63,987 bases of DNA, filler included, from Globobulimina sp. (GCA_003354225.1; 8 parts of 8 records of this genome joined end to end with filler, not necessarily neighbours in it), one strand, 5' to 3'; shown: positions 46,170 to 58,484, counted from the first letter of the whole stretch. The notes: generated by a model not told the origin, from the sequence alone. Numbers and translations: made by a program.

Positions 46170-48468
46170 TTAATTTAATTTATTTTCTTTCTTTCTTTTC
46201 CCTTTAGTTCTAATCTCCAAATGATTTTTTAATACATTATATCCAAAAAGAAATGCAGCAATACATGCAATAAATAACCAACCGCCAGCTTCAAATATAT
46301 TCCATTGCCACCAATATAGAAACAATATGGCAACGATGGCAGATAAAGATACAATAAATAAACCGGAAGAAAGTTGTACATCACGTCCAAATGTAATCGA
46401 TGTGCCAGTTGTAATAAACACATAGTTGAAAAAATATAATAATGGAAATAATAAAATAATACAAAATATCAATGGAAATAAAATAATTGGCTCCCTTTCT
46501 GCATTACCAAATGTATGCGATATCTTTTCCTTTGCTCTCCATTTTGGTATCTCATCATTAATGGGCTCATAATCTACATCGGACTCATCCTCTTCTTCTT
46601 CGATACAATTTATAGCCACGATGTTATTCCATGTTAACGACTCAGAATACAACGGGTCCCCAACAATTAGATTTAATCTATATTTGCCTCCAGATAACAC
46701 AGAGAATAGTCCGCGACTTAAATCGATGGTAATTCCATACTTTTCTTGCCTTGTTTTGGGTACAATTTGTAACACAGATTCGCCATTTTTATCATCCACA
46801 AAATCGATTATAATTTGATTTGCCTTCTTTGCGGATTTGACTTGAATCTCAATTTTGACTTTTTGTGATGGTGTCACATCATAGCTTTCTGATAACTGTT
46901 TTGGATGAGTCACCCTCGAATATCCATCTTGTGATTTTTTCACATATTGCATACCAAACACTGTTTTACTAATAAATGTAGTCACTTTCACGAGAGTCGA
47001 TATTGTTAATTCTTTCCCAAAATTATCATCATTCACCGTAATTTTCAATGAATAAATGCCATGAATGCCAGCATTACTTTCATCCGATGATAATTTTCTT
47101 ATTTCTTCACCAAATGGATATGAATATGAATATGTATTTCCTTTTTCTTTTATGAATGAGCCAATTGGACCTTGTTTTTGTTTGTTTGCAATTTCGACAC
47201 AAGACACAATCTCAATACGTGTATTCTCATTTGCTGCCAACATTTGTTCACCAAAAACATTTCTAATCGATATTGTTAATGCATTCTCTTCTTTGTGTGC
47301 ATCTGCATTTTGATTAAATATTTTATTCTCAATTTCTATGGATATTGGTCGTGATATGTCAAATAACACAGATGATTTCACCATATTCATTAAAATAATG
47401 ACATGTCGAGCTGATGTTGGGCCTATTAAGTGTTTTGAAGATAGTTTTAATTAAATTAATATCTGCGATTTTAATATTAATAGAAATTTATTATTTAACT
47501 TGTGGTGGATCGAAATGTTAAAATATATCTTAGAATATTTTCAACATATTGTTTATCATTAAATTTATCAAATTGTTGAGCAAAATGTTTTAATTCATTC
47601 ATTGATAACAAACTTTGCAAAAATTCATTTATTGATTCTAAGACAACAGAGGTTGCAGTTAATGAGTTTGAATAAGATATCATATTTTCGTTTAATTTTG
47701 AATAAGATGTCATTAATACATTGGCTGTCTCCACGAATGAGGCCAATAATTGAGTCATCTCTGCTGATTCTTTCATTTCTTTTTGTTGCTCCAATGTTAA
47801 ATTGGGAAGAGATAATAACTGGAAATGTTGCAATTGTTAATGATTAATTTCTGGAAATTTCAAAAACAAAAATAAATAAATTAACTAACTTTAGCAGTGG
47901 CATACAACGCCATCGATGTTTTATGAATCGACGATTTGGATTTTGAGGATTTAATTTGTTCAGTAAACAATTTGTTATTTAATTGAAAGCTTTGAATATG
48001 TTTTAATATCTCAACAATGTCAAGCGAGGAAGTGTCATATAAATTAGATTTTGTTTTTGCCAAAGTATAAATGCCATTGATTGAATAATAAACTTTGGAT
48101 AATTTATTTGCTGACAAACCATCGCTTAATTTCTTTTGTGATGCATCTTTGATCGAATCTAAACAGTTTTTGATTCGTGAACGGGATAATAATAAATTAT
48201 GAAATTCCTCCCACGATGATATTTTATATGATTTTAAAGTGGAACATAATTTATCTCCATTTTGTATGTCATTATTGCTGACAGACAATGCTTGTGTGGC
48301 ATAATAAGTGGTTGTTAATGATTTCTCAAATAAGCCAGTGCTGCTGTCTTGGGATGTGCCAATAATGGAAGATAAATAGTCTTCATCTGATGCTGTGTAT
48401 AATGTATCGAGGTAACTTTCATTCAATACAATACAAATACAAATACAGCACAAAAAGAATGACAGCAT
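46170..48468 (-). CDS. RPN2: Ribophorin II / oligosaccharyltransferase delta subunit; at least 3 exons
   Basis: Signal peptide; G.Y.L.LIVGD, I.HTF...E..P, three C-terminal TMs with LF.LYW...NIFE and G...L. Confidence 0.85.
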
Positions 48469-48674
48469 TGTTTTTATTANNNNNNNNNNNNNNNNNNNNN
48501 NNNNNNNNNNNNNNNNNNNNNNNTTAATTAATTAANNNNNNNNNNNNNNNNNNNNNNNNNNNNNNNNNNNNNNNNNNNNTTCAGAAAACAATCTGAAATT
48601 TCTTATACTCTATATATGTTATAATTTGGTTATTAAATTAATTTGAGAAAAAGAGAGAAAAATATATGTATATC

Positions 48675-49922
48675 TTACCAATTTGTATAATCAACGCGAT
48701 TTGCCCATGGATCAAATATTTGGCCAACATTATTATTGATGTTGTATTCATTGTTATTGGCAAAGTTATTATTCATAAAATTGTATCCATGGACCAATTC
48801 TCTAATAAATGTAGCAAAGTGTTCCTCTTTAAAGCACATATATCTGTATGACACATGTGGTAAATTGGATGGTTTCCATCCTACATATTTGAGGATTTTA
48901 GGATGCGGTATTTGGTTGTTATTGGCTAGGGATGAGCCACCAATTCTGAATGCATAAGAGGTATATCTCTCAGATTCTGATATATTACAAATCATTGTAA
49001 TTTCCTTTGCTATATCTAATAAGTGCGACGTTTCTACATTTATATTATTTTTAAATCTGAATAAGTTCTGATTTCTATCTATTTTAAAATATTTATTTTG
49101 CAATGCATAGTTATATGATCTTTTTAAATATATAGTTAATAATAAATAAGGGTTTATATAGTTACACGGACAGTGTTTATTTGTATTTTTTATGTATTTC
49201 TGTCCACATCTTGAGTCCCCAATGATTACTCTTTTTATAACACTTTTAAATTTTTGGTTTTTAAATGATACTACGAATAATTTAAAATACCAATCTAACT
49301 TATTTGGGGATGTATTTATGTGAAATAAATGTTTTAATTTAACTCCGAATTTGGTTTTGTTAGATTTACATATAATTAATTCACATGGTCTTGACATAGA
49401 ACAAAAATAAATTTGTGCTATTAATACTTTTAATAATTTGTCAATATCAATAGATAGCAGATGCTGTCCATAAGCTTTATAAAATTTTGTATATTTTATT
49501 AAATGTTTTAATTCAAACGGCAGTCTGCTTTTTGCCACTTTCCAATATTCAATTCTTAGCCCACTCTTAAAATCTTGAAAATCCATATCTTGTTTCCATT
49601 CGGTTTTGCTTCCACATAATTTGCATAGCCAAACCAAAGTAGATTGCCATGTATCAATTGATTGGACACTGCCTAATTGTAGTGCCCTTTCGGAGAACCA
49701 ATAAGTTATAGTTAGCGGATCCAATGGCATTTGCAGTGGGTCTTCATCGATTGTAAGGCAATATTTTGACCAATTTCGCAGACTGGAGACATAATGTATT
49801 TTTGTGCCATGTACTTTGTCTCGGGATCTTATTTTTTTTATATGTCTTGTATTTCGAGGGTCTTTTGGGGCAATTCTATTATTAGCTAACCGCGCATGAA
49901 AAAATACTATATACACACACAA
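48675..49922 (-). CDS. Tyrosine recombinase of the retrotransposon
   Basis: SRPCE (R), FKN (K), SYAFRIGG (H/YxxR), VGW, YRY (Y nucleophile). Confidence 0.88.
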   Translation of the reverse strand: MCVYIVFFHARLANNRIAPKDPRNTRHIKKIRSRDKVHGTKIHYVSSLRNWSKYCLTIDEDPLQMPLDPLTITYWFSERALQLGSVQSIDTWQSTLVWLCKLCGSKTEWKQDMDFQDFKSGLRIEYWKVAKSRLPFELKHLIKYTKFYKAYGQHLLSIDIDKLLKVLIAQIYFCSMSRPCELIICKSNKTKFGVKLKHLFHINTSPNKLDWYFKLFVVSFKNQKFKSVIKRVIIGDSRCGQKYIKNTNKHCPCNYINPYLLLTIYLKRSYNYALQNKYFKIDRNQNLFRFKNNINVETSHLLDIAKEITMICNISESERYTSYAFRIGGSSLANNNQIPHPKILKYVGWKPSNLPHVSYRYMCFKEEHFATFIRELVHGYNFMNNNFANNNEYNINNNVGQIFDPWANRVDYTNW

Positions 49923-50548
49923 ATTTTAAAATTTAATATTGATTGTTTGTAAATAGACTTTGATTGATTGTAAATTACAAAAAAATAGAAAGACAAAAAT
50001 GATAAACAGTAATGCCCAGAACGATTAACAAAAGACAATATTAATGTTAATGTTTAAAGCTTGTTGGGTTTCATTAGAGTTTCGAAGGTTTTTTAAGATT
50101 TAGCTCAAACGTTTTTTAGTCACTTTGCTTCCCTAATAAGGGGAGCGTGACACGAGCCAGAAACAGAGAAGATATCTGCTCATAGTCAACAACTAATATT
50201 GGAGCAGTCTGAGGAGGGCAATATTGTAAGCATTGCAAAATTTAACTGATTATTAATCAAAATTGGTGAAAGTGAATTTATTTATTTGACAAAGAAATAT
50301 TCAATGAAATTAACAATAAATAGTAATAACATATAAATTATCAATGGATTGATGATAATATAACATATTTGACACATTTCAAGCGATTTTAAACAGTTTT
50401 TAATATCAGTCAATTATAATTAAAATAAGTATACAGAAACACAATTTTTATGATTTATAATTATTAAAGTTATAAACGAGCATTTTAGGGAATGCTGAAT
50501 TGAAAATAAGTAATAAAATGAAGCAATTTATGAATATACAGCAAATTA

Positions 50549-52414
50549 TCAAATTTCCATATAGTATTTATACGGTGAGACAGCTCTGATATTTAAGGGT
50601 TGTTTTAACCATTTTATAAAGTTCGCATATTCAGCCATGTCATTCTCATAATTCATTAAAGGATTTTTAGCAAATTGATATCTGCCAAAATAATCAATAT
50701 TTGTTTCTGCTAATTTTAAATTAAATGTATTGCATAATTTATGGAATTCGATCATTTTAAAACGAGATAAGCGGTCTGGTAAAAAATTAAAGGCCGATGG
50801 AAGCCAAACAAAATGAATATAAATTTTATATTTTATCATTAATAAACATAATTCATATACAAATATCATCATATTATAGGAAGTCGACCATTTTCTAATC
50901 ATTGAATAATAACATGATGCATTATCAATATATAATTTTAATGTTTTTCCAGTTAAAAATCGTTTATGAGACTCAATTAATGTTAAAACACAATGGGCCT
51001 CTTTTTGATTAATAGATAGATCTAAGTCATTTTTATTGAATTTATATTTTGCGAAATAAGAATCAATGACATATCCTGCACCAAATTCGCATGCATCTGT
51101 TGCTGCGAATACATTTATTGACGGATTATTTAAAATTGTATACATTGATACAATTTTAATATTATCAATCCATTTGAGCCAAAAACGTAAATCATTAATA
51201 ACTGAAATGGGTAATATTATGCAATCTGATTTATTTATGCGACCATTACGTATATTTTTATGTATATAAGCCAATGATCTGTATGCTAAGGCTTTTGTGG
51301 CTTTATTTAACTGGCTCCAATGCATTATTTTGCCGGTTAATGATTCTAAAGCACGGCCAGTCGCAATTCTATATTTTATGACTAAGGAAATGAAATATTT
51401 TAACTGTTTCAAGGCTAAATCAGGTATTTTAAGTGTTTTATTATGTAAATTCCAATAAATACCATATATAATACCTTTCCTTACACAATTTACAGATTTA
51501 TGTTCAGAAACTTTGACTTTTAGTTCCTTCAATAAATTGTCAAATAAATTTGTTAATAAAATACAATCAGATTTGGATTTTGCGGCTATGACGAAATCAT
51601 CGATATGAACGAGAATTGAATTTATTAAATGTTGCTGTTTATTATTAAGAATACAATGATTTAAAATCCAGACTAAAATTGTTGAAAAATACTGGGAATT
51701 ACCGGGTGCTGAGGATACCCCATACGGTTGGCTCCGATCTCTAAACCGTAGGCCAAAAATGGAGTACCCTACAAAATCTGCATCGCTTTCAGGCAATTTA
51801 ATTTGTCTGAAAAAGTCAGCTAAGTCTCTCAATGACATATATTCATTGTTTATAAGTAATTTTGTATAGGTTTTCAAATTTGGGAGATCTCGCATGTTAC
51901 ACTTTTCTTTGCGAATCCATTGATTTATGGCGGTTTTACCTGAAGCATGAAATGAGCCGTTACGAATGACTCTGGTTTTAGTATATAATCCAAATTCGTC
52001 TTTTTTAGGTGTCCCAAAGATCATTAATACATATTTTGGGTCGTAATTAATGGGCTCAATTTGACCTTTGCTGCACTCCTCAGATAATTTATCAATAAAT
52101 GCAATAATATCATTTTGGGTACATACTAAATTATTAATTTTTGTTGACAAATTTGAAGGTTCCCAGCCTTTGTTATGGAAGGATTTCCATAAAGGAAAGC
52201 CATTTTCGATGAAATGGATTTCTAATTTACCATTTTGTTTAAGTTTGAGGTATTTTCTAAATGCATTTATATTAAAATGATGTTTGTTTTTATAACCTTC
52301 GGCGTGTAATGTTTGTAAATTTTTTACTTTCTTAGATATTACGGGATCGATCACTGAATTTAGTATGTACAGAGTAGATATTATTGGCACACAAATATTT
52401 TGTACAACAAACAA
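50549..52414 (-). CDS. Reverse transcriptase + RNase H (DIRS-type)
   Basis: PKK...K.RVI, DL.DFFRQI, PYG.SSAP, HIDDF; RNase H TDAC, INQKE, IDN, N..PDRLSR. Confidence 0.92.
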   Translation of the reverse strand: MFVVQNICVPIISTLYILNSVIDPVISKKVKNLQTLHAEGYKNKHHFNINAFRKYLKLKQNGKLEIHFIENGFPLWKSFHNKGWEPSNLSTKINNLVCTQNDIIAFIDKLSEECSKGQIEPINYDPKYVLMIFGTPKKDEFGLYTKTRVIRNGSFHASGKTAINQWIRKEKCNMRDLPNLKTYTKLLINNEYMSLRDLADFFRQIKLPESDADFVGYSIFGLRFRDRSQPYGVSSAPGNSQYFSTILVWILNHCILNNKQQHLINSILVHIDDFVIAAKSKSDCILLTNLFDNLLKELKVKVSEHKSVNCVRKGIIYGIYWNLHNKTLKIPDLALKQLKYFISLVIKYRIATGRALESLTGKIMHWSQLNKATKALAYRSLAYIHKNIRNGRINKSDCIILPISVINDLRFWLKWIDNIKIVSMYTILNNPSINVFAATDACEFGAGYVIDSYFAKYKFNKNDLDLSINQKEAHCVLTLIESHKRFLTGKTLKLYIDNASCYYSMIRKWSTSYNMMIFVYELCLLMIKYKIYIHFVWLPSAFNFLPDRLSRFKMIEFHKLCNTFNLKLAETNIDYFGRYQFAKNPLMNYENDMAEYANFIKWLKQPLNIRAVSPYKYYMEI

Positions 52415-52669
52415 ATGTGGAAATTAACATAAATATTAATTCACATTGACAAGTTTTTAAAATTTAAGAATGAAAATTAAATAATTAAAAGTAGGAAGAA
52501 ATTTAATTAAAATGTTGGAAAATTGTTGAAAATTTTGAATACGAATTAATATTTTGGTATAAATAGTTAATATTATCCATTCATAATTAGTTTGAACATA
52601 ACAATGTAAGCAAATATTAAGAAATGATATGAAAATATTAATGAATATTCATATAAATAGTATAATTCG

Positions 52670-53727
52670 CTAACGTTTATCACATTTCATTAATGGATGA
52701 TTTTTGTTATCAATAATACACAAATGGTCTCTCCCACATTTTTCACCTAAACGACAGTAATTATATGCATTATAAAAGCAACAATATTTGCTTTTTAATG
52801 AAAAGGGAGTGCCTGAATTTGCTAATAAATTTTGACACACTTTTTCAGCTGCTTTGGGATTTAAATTGCGATTTCTTTTCGGGGGTTCATTAGGTTTATT
52901 ATTTGGTTTATTAATTTGTTTGTTATTATTTGGTTTTGTTGGCATTTTATTCGACCACGATTTATTATAATTATTTGAATATGGAATCCTTACTGTTTTT
53001 TCATTATAACCCTCGGATTGTAAGTTATTTGCTGTATTTAATTTTCCCAAAATCAGCGCATTTTGTAATATTTGAAGTACTTTATTTGGTTTCTCATTAA
53101 ATTCGGATTTGTCATAAGATAAAAATGTGGCAGATAATAATTGATCTAATGACGATTTTGAATTCATAGTTAATTGCGATTGCATGATATTTGATGAAAA
53201 TGTAATATAATACGAATTATTTCTATTTAATGCATGTTTAATTCCTTTATTTATCCATGAAAATAATGAAGTTGCTGAAATGCGATCATTTTTAATTAAT
53301 GGTTTTAATAATTCACCAAATTTTGATAAATCAAACATTTTATAAGCACAAAATGCGCGAATTGTGCGAAACAGCAATTGTTGATTCATATTGGTTGGAA
53401 TTAATAAGCTTAAACTGTCAGAAATTAATTTGATAAATGAAATAATATAATTATTAATATTCACAGCATTCCATTTATTTACAAATAAAGATTTAAGCTC
53501 TTTTGTTATAGAATAATGATCAATATTTTTTATATTCGGACTTAAGTATTTAAATATTTTATAATACAGATCATAAACAGTAAAATCATCAGAAACAAAA
53601 CCACTGAAAAAGAGAATTAATTCAACTTTTACAGCAAATTTATCATTTTTGGTCATTATTGTTTTTATTTTTGAAGAATTTGATGGTGAATATAACTTAA
53701 TAATATTTGCCAAATTAAAATTACCAT
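52670..53727 (-). CDS. Retrotransposon Gag-like C-terminal part with Cys/His finger
   Basis: CCFYNAYNYCRLGEKCGRDHLCIIDNKNHPLMKC resembles the finger ending DIRS/Ngaro Gag ORFs. Confidence 0.7.
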
Positions 53728-53975
53728 CTTAACAAAATATTAATTTATTAAAATTTCAAAACAAAGATTCACAAAACTAACAGATACGCATTGTAAAAGG
53801 GAAGAATTGTGGTTGTTGTACATATAAATGAAATTAATGGGCAATGGAGAATTTAGTAAAAGAATCAATCGTAAGAAGTGATTTTATGTCACATACTAAG
53901 CGCCAGAAACCATTAAAAATTTACCAAAGTCATTGCAAACATTGTAAAATTTGGGGAAAAGAGAATATAAAGGTA

Positions 53976-56090
53976 TTAACTCTCTAATTCTGTTAAAACA
54001 TCGTTGTTCGTAATACGTGTACCCGATGGGGTATATTTTGTATTTAATAAATTGTTTAATTTGGTGATTGTTTTGTTTTTTTGTTTTGCAACGACTTGGT
54101 CAACCATTACGACAATGGGATCCTGCTTTTTTTGTTTGTCTATAACAAATCCTGTGATTTTATTAATATTTACAGATTCAAGACATTCAATGGTATTCGG
54201 GTCATCATTGTTGTAATCAAATTTAGGTTTTAGTGCGAATTGGAGATTATTTTGGATACGTTTATTTTCTTCAAATTTAAGTTGGAATTCGCGTGTAATA
54301 TCACTACGTAAAGTGGCTAAATCCGCGGCTGTAATTGCTTGAGGGGTGAATTTATTATTTCTGCTGTAATTATTTTGGTAATTTGGAACCATATTATTTG
54401 GGATTACAGCCATTTGTGAATTAATTGTAAAGGGATTTACGTTGCTTTGCTGTGTATTTAGTGGAGTATTATTTGTAGTTTGTGTTGGAAAATTATTGGG
54501 GATTCGCGCAATTACTCTATTTTGAGGGGAATTGTTTAGTTTCCTTCTTTTTAATGGAGGTTGATAATTGTTGGAAGTGTTGGAATTTGTGGGATTTTGA
54601 AAATTGTTGGCGACAATGTTGGAATTTGTAGGCGAATTATTATGAATCAATCCAATGGGAATAAATCTATTTGTTAATGTAGTAATATATTTGTTTAAGT
54701 TTAATATATTTCTATTTTTATCAATTATGCCTGTTTGAACTAAGTTTTTTGATACAGATTTTAACATTTTTGGATATAAACGATCAAATTTATTGTCATC
54801 TAAGTGCCCAATATATTTAATAAGCGCCTTAATTGTGGCATGTTTATTTTGTGGTGTATTTATATCAAAATTAAATAAAATAATATTGGCAATCATTGCA
54901 GTTAAAACTGAGCCAATATTAACTTGGGAGTTATAATTTGGTATTGTGTCCATTTTGTGTGATTCTGCTTTTATGGATGAAATAAAATTATTGTAATTTT
55001 CTTCGTTATCATCGACTAAGCGTTGGAGTGGATTTTCATTTGCAAGTAAATCAATTATTGAATTTGTAGCTGAATCCATCGAAAATAAGTTGTCTAAAGT
55101 ATTATTATTTATATTTGTTGTTTTTAAAACGCTATCAATTGAGGCTTGGAGATTATTTATTGGTTTGTTTAATTTTTGTGGTTTTTGATTTGGATTTATT
55201 TTCGGTGGTAAATTCATTGAAAAATTGTTTGAATTATTTCTATTTTGAACTTGCTGTGAGGCAGTTGGTTGATTATCAATTTCTGATTTTTGATTGTGAT
55301 TATTTGGGATCTGACTTAAAGTGGAAGATAACTGCGAAGGTAAGGAAGTATGTAAACCATTATACAATCCATTACAATCATTATTAATTATTGCAGCTTC
55401 ATCTTGTAAATTTGTATTATTATTGGTATTATCTCGTATTGTAGCTGGTGATAAGGAATCTAAATATTGTATACAATCAAATTGACGTATAACGGAATAT
55501 AATGTAAAGCCAGCTGATTTTTTAAATTCATTGAGTTTATTGGCTTTAAACTCCGAACAAGTTAAATAAATCAAATCAGACAGATTTCTGACTTTTGCAT
55601 ATGAGTCTTTATTGGCTCTCATATAACAAATATTTAAGAATAATTTTAAAGAATCTAAGACATTGCGGGACGATGTATTCGTGAACCAAATGAAATTTGT
55701 TGTTAATTGGAAGAAATGTATTAATATTAATAATTCACATTTGTTTAAATATAAATCGGGTTTTTGTTGATTTTTGGGTTTCTGTGGTGATTTTGAAAGG
55801 ATAGCTGAGTGTAATATTGCTTTACCAAAGGATATTTTCCAATTTTTCTTGGATATATTTTTAATATCATTCATTGTTAATAAATTAAGGAAGTTATTTA
55901 AGTGTAAATTTGCATATTGTGTATCAGCAGGAATTTGTTGTGGGGGATTATTTGTATTATTATTATTTACGTTTTGAGCTATGTTATGTTTTTCTTTTTG
56001 TTCTTTGTTATCTTTATTGGTTTTGTTTTGTTTGTTTTGTGATTGATGACTTTGTTGAAAATAATTGCTTTTCTTATTTCGTTGTTCCAT
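53976..56090 (-). CDS. Retrotransposon ORF1, N/Q-rich Gag-like N-terminal part
   Basis: ~700-aa low-complexity ORF at the element 5' end; PPLKRRK NLS-like motif. Confidence 0.6.
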   Translation of the reverse strand: MEQRNKKSNYFQQSHQSQNKQNKTNKDNKEQKEKHNIAQNVNNNNTNNPPQQIPADTQYANLHLNNFLNLLTMNDIKNISKKNWKISFGKAILHSAILSKSPQKPKNQQKPDLYLNKCELLILIHFFQLTTNFIWFTNTSSRNVLDSLKLFLNICYMRANKDSYAKVRNLSDLIYLTCSEFKANKLNEFKKSAGFTLYSVIRQFDCIQYLDSLSPATIRDNTNNNTNLQDEAAIINNDCNGLYNGLHTSLPSQLSSTLSQIPNNHNQKSEIDNQPTASQQVQNRNNSNNFSMNLPPKINPNQKPQKLNKPINNLQASIDSVLKTTNINNNTLDNLFSMDSATNSIIDLLANENPLQRLVDDNEENYNNFISSIKAESHKMDTIPNYNSQVNIGSVLTAMIANIILFNFDINTPQNKHATIKALIKYIGHLDDNKFDRLYPKMLKSVSKNLVQTGIIDKNRNILNLNKYITTLTNRFIPIGLIHNNSPTNSNIVANNFQNPTNSNTSNNYQPPLKRRKLNNSPQNRVIARIPNNFPTQTTNNTPLNTQQSNVNPFTINSQMAVIPNNMVPNYQNNYSRNNKFTPQAITAADLATLRSDITREFQLKFEENKRIQNNLQFALKPKFDYNNDDPNTIECLESVNINKITGFVIDKQKKQDPIVVMVDQVVAKQKNKTITKLNNLLNTKYTPSGTRITNNDVLTELES

Positions 56091-56907
56091 TGAATTCAAC
56101 GGATGAGAAATATCTAATTGTTTATGTGTTTTTGTGTTTGGTTTTTGTTTCTTTTGTTGTTTTAGGTTTTTGCAGAGTTATCACGTCAGTGAAAGGGAAG
56201 CAAAAAGTTGAAGTAAAGTTTTAGTGAAGACTTCAAATTTGACATACGCAAATTTAACAAATGCACACAACACAAACTTAAAATAAGTAGATCAAAATGA
56301 AATGTTAATATAGCATATTTCGAGATATCATGATGTTTTGAAAGATATAAATAGATTTTCAGTTGTATAAAAATGTGATAATAAGATATATAAATAGATT
56401 TTCAGTTGTATTATACAGTATAATCAGTATTCCTTAATTGAATAACCAATCCATTCCAAGTTATAAATGGTTATGTAATGCTATTAACAGATGTGTCATA
56501 AACAGTGCATGGTAATTTGCAATTGTTACATAATAAAAACCTCCATTGGCTNNNNNNNNNNNNNNNNNNNNNNNNNNNNNNNNNNNNNNNNNNNNTTAAT
56601 TAATTAANNNNNNNNNNNNNNNNNNNNNNNNNNNNNNNNNNNNNNNNNNNNTATGGATGATTATATGAATTGGATGGTATCACCATAAATTATATATATA
56701 TATATATATAATTATTGACTATCATTCTTTTTGATGTTCCTCTTGTAATTTTTATGTTGTAAATAACTTGTTATTGAATTCGATTAACACGTACTATTAA
56801 TTAATTCGTTTCTGGAGCGAGCGATAAAGCAAAAATACCTAATCATTTACACTCTAAAATTACTCTTACACCATCCCAACTTCGCAACACCAATTTGACA
56901 GTACCAA

Positions 56908-57746
56908 TGCGTTTGGTAATAAACTTTGTCATGTCAATTATTGAAAACAGTTTTCTATTCATGTGGTGTTTATCGCTATTCTTATTAATATATCTATCAC
57001 CTGTTTTATTAGAAACGTCAAATGAATTTGCTGCGAGTTCAATATTGATATTTGGAATGTTCACTATATTTGGCTCCTTTGTGTCGGTATTGACAAAAGG
57101 AATTTTCTGTATTGGTGGCTCAATTATCGCCACCGCTCCTTTTGTAACTATTTATGTTTTGTATGGATTTGGTCAGAACATTATTGATGGTATGACATCA
57201 AATCTTAGTTCTCCCATCATTATGAAATGTTTTATGTGGTGTATTGGTTCATTATTCACATTGTCGATTGCTTTACTTTTCGCTGATTTATGCTGTAAAT
57301 ATAAAATTGATCGTCACATTACAAAATATTTACGTGCATCATATGAGAGGCGACAATATGAGATTAATTATGTTAACAATGGAGCAGCCCCCGCTTCTGT
57401 GTATGAATCGAATTATAAGTATGGGAATTTTTGGGATTGCCATCTTTGTAAACAGCCATTTGATAATAATAACGCAGTACACTTACAATCCCAATGTATA
57501 TTGAAATGTGGTCATAGATTCCATTCTCATTGTATAAGAGCAAGGGAATTAAAACAGTTTAATGAATCTTATAATTATTCAAGGAATCCAAGAAAAACAT
57601 GTGAAGAATGTGGTGCATATTACGATCACACCGAAAAATGGCAATATATTCCTATTAATAAAGCATATTTTAATGAGATCCGAAATGAGACCGCATTGCG
57701 AGTGTTGCCAGATGTTATTGAGAATATTATCATTGATTTTATTTAG
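56908..57746 (+). CDS. Multi-TM RING-finger protein (paralog 1)
   Basis: Hydrophobic N-terminal half; CHLC...LKCGHRFHSHC...CEEC RING-H2 pattern. Confidence 0.8.
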
Positions 57747-58212
57747 ATATGTTTTTTTTACCTATATATATATATACTATGTTTGTGTGATGATAATCTG
57801 TACGCAGTGCGTAATGAGCTCGTACTTATTTTGAATGCAAATAAGAAGTTTCTCATCATATATAGCCAGATTATAATGCAGTGTGTTATGAGTATGTTTA
57901 TTTTGATTGTAAATACGTCATATGTCATCTCATGCAAACTTGTATCGTTTTTCGTTTTTCGTTTTCTGTTTTTTGTTTCGCATTAACATTTGATGTAATG
58001 GTATCAATTACAGTTATCATTGCCCAATGTCTTCTGTTTGATGCAAAAATGTATGTGTGTTTGAATATTAATGCAAATTAATTTATTATTGTCAGATTAT
58101 CCTTGCACTACGAGCTTTTTTCTACAAAACTCAACTTTAGTCTGTGTAGAATCGAATTTTAAACGCGTGTATGAACTATTTGCCGGACAATTTTTACCTT
58201 TCTTCTTCAAAA

Positions 58213-58280
58213 CACTAAGAAACGGTTTGCTTCGACCATTCCACAAAGCAAATATGACGCTGAAAACAGGATGGTCTTAA
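58213..58280. mobile_element. Terminus of a family-B repeat element
   Basis: Homologous to the reverse complement of 27211-27273 (AGAAACGGTTTGCTT...TGACGCTGAA.ACAGGATG.TC), followed by TTAA. Confidence 0.55.
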
Positions 58281-58484
58281 GGCCATAAAGGTAGACGCAC
58301 GCACCATTTGTGACAGCTGTTTGATAAGTTTTTGAAGAGAAGAAACCAGTACTAAATATTAAATAAAACATGCAATGACAGATCTGCAGATGGGAAGTGG
58401 GAATGGAATGCCATGATCAATGATTGTGTCGCGAGTTCTTGACTTTCGATCCTTTCACAAAATTCCCATTTGGTCCCGTTACAT

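Larger units (their letters stand above)
48580..56551 (-). mobile_element. DIRS-order (tyrosine recombinase) retrotransposon, gag-RT/RNaseH-YR; true ends not defined
   Basis: Four colinear minus-strand ORFs filling the whole contig in DIRS/Ngaro domain order; no methyltransferase domain evident. Confidence 0.9.

Noticed and set aside
48675-52414. Prokaryotic retron/DGR/phage integrase interpretation of RT + tyrosine recombinase
   Set aside because: RT is followed by a DIRS-type RNase H and preceded by a Gag-like Cys/His finger; the order matches eukaryotic YR retrotransposons.
8037-56651. Regularly spaced TTAATTAATTAA palindromes every ~8 kb (possible chromosome-fragmentation or recombination signal)
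   Set aside because: Always embedded in identical N-runs between length-sorted contigs: an assembly concatenation linker. No telomeric repeats at contig ends.
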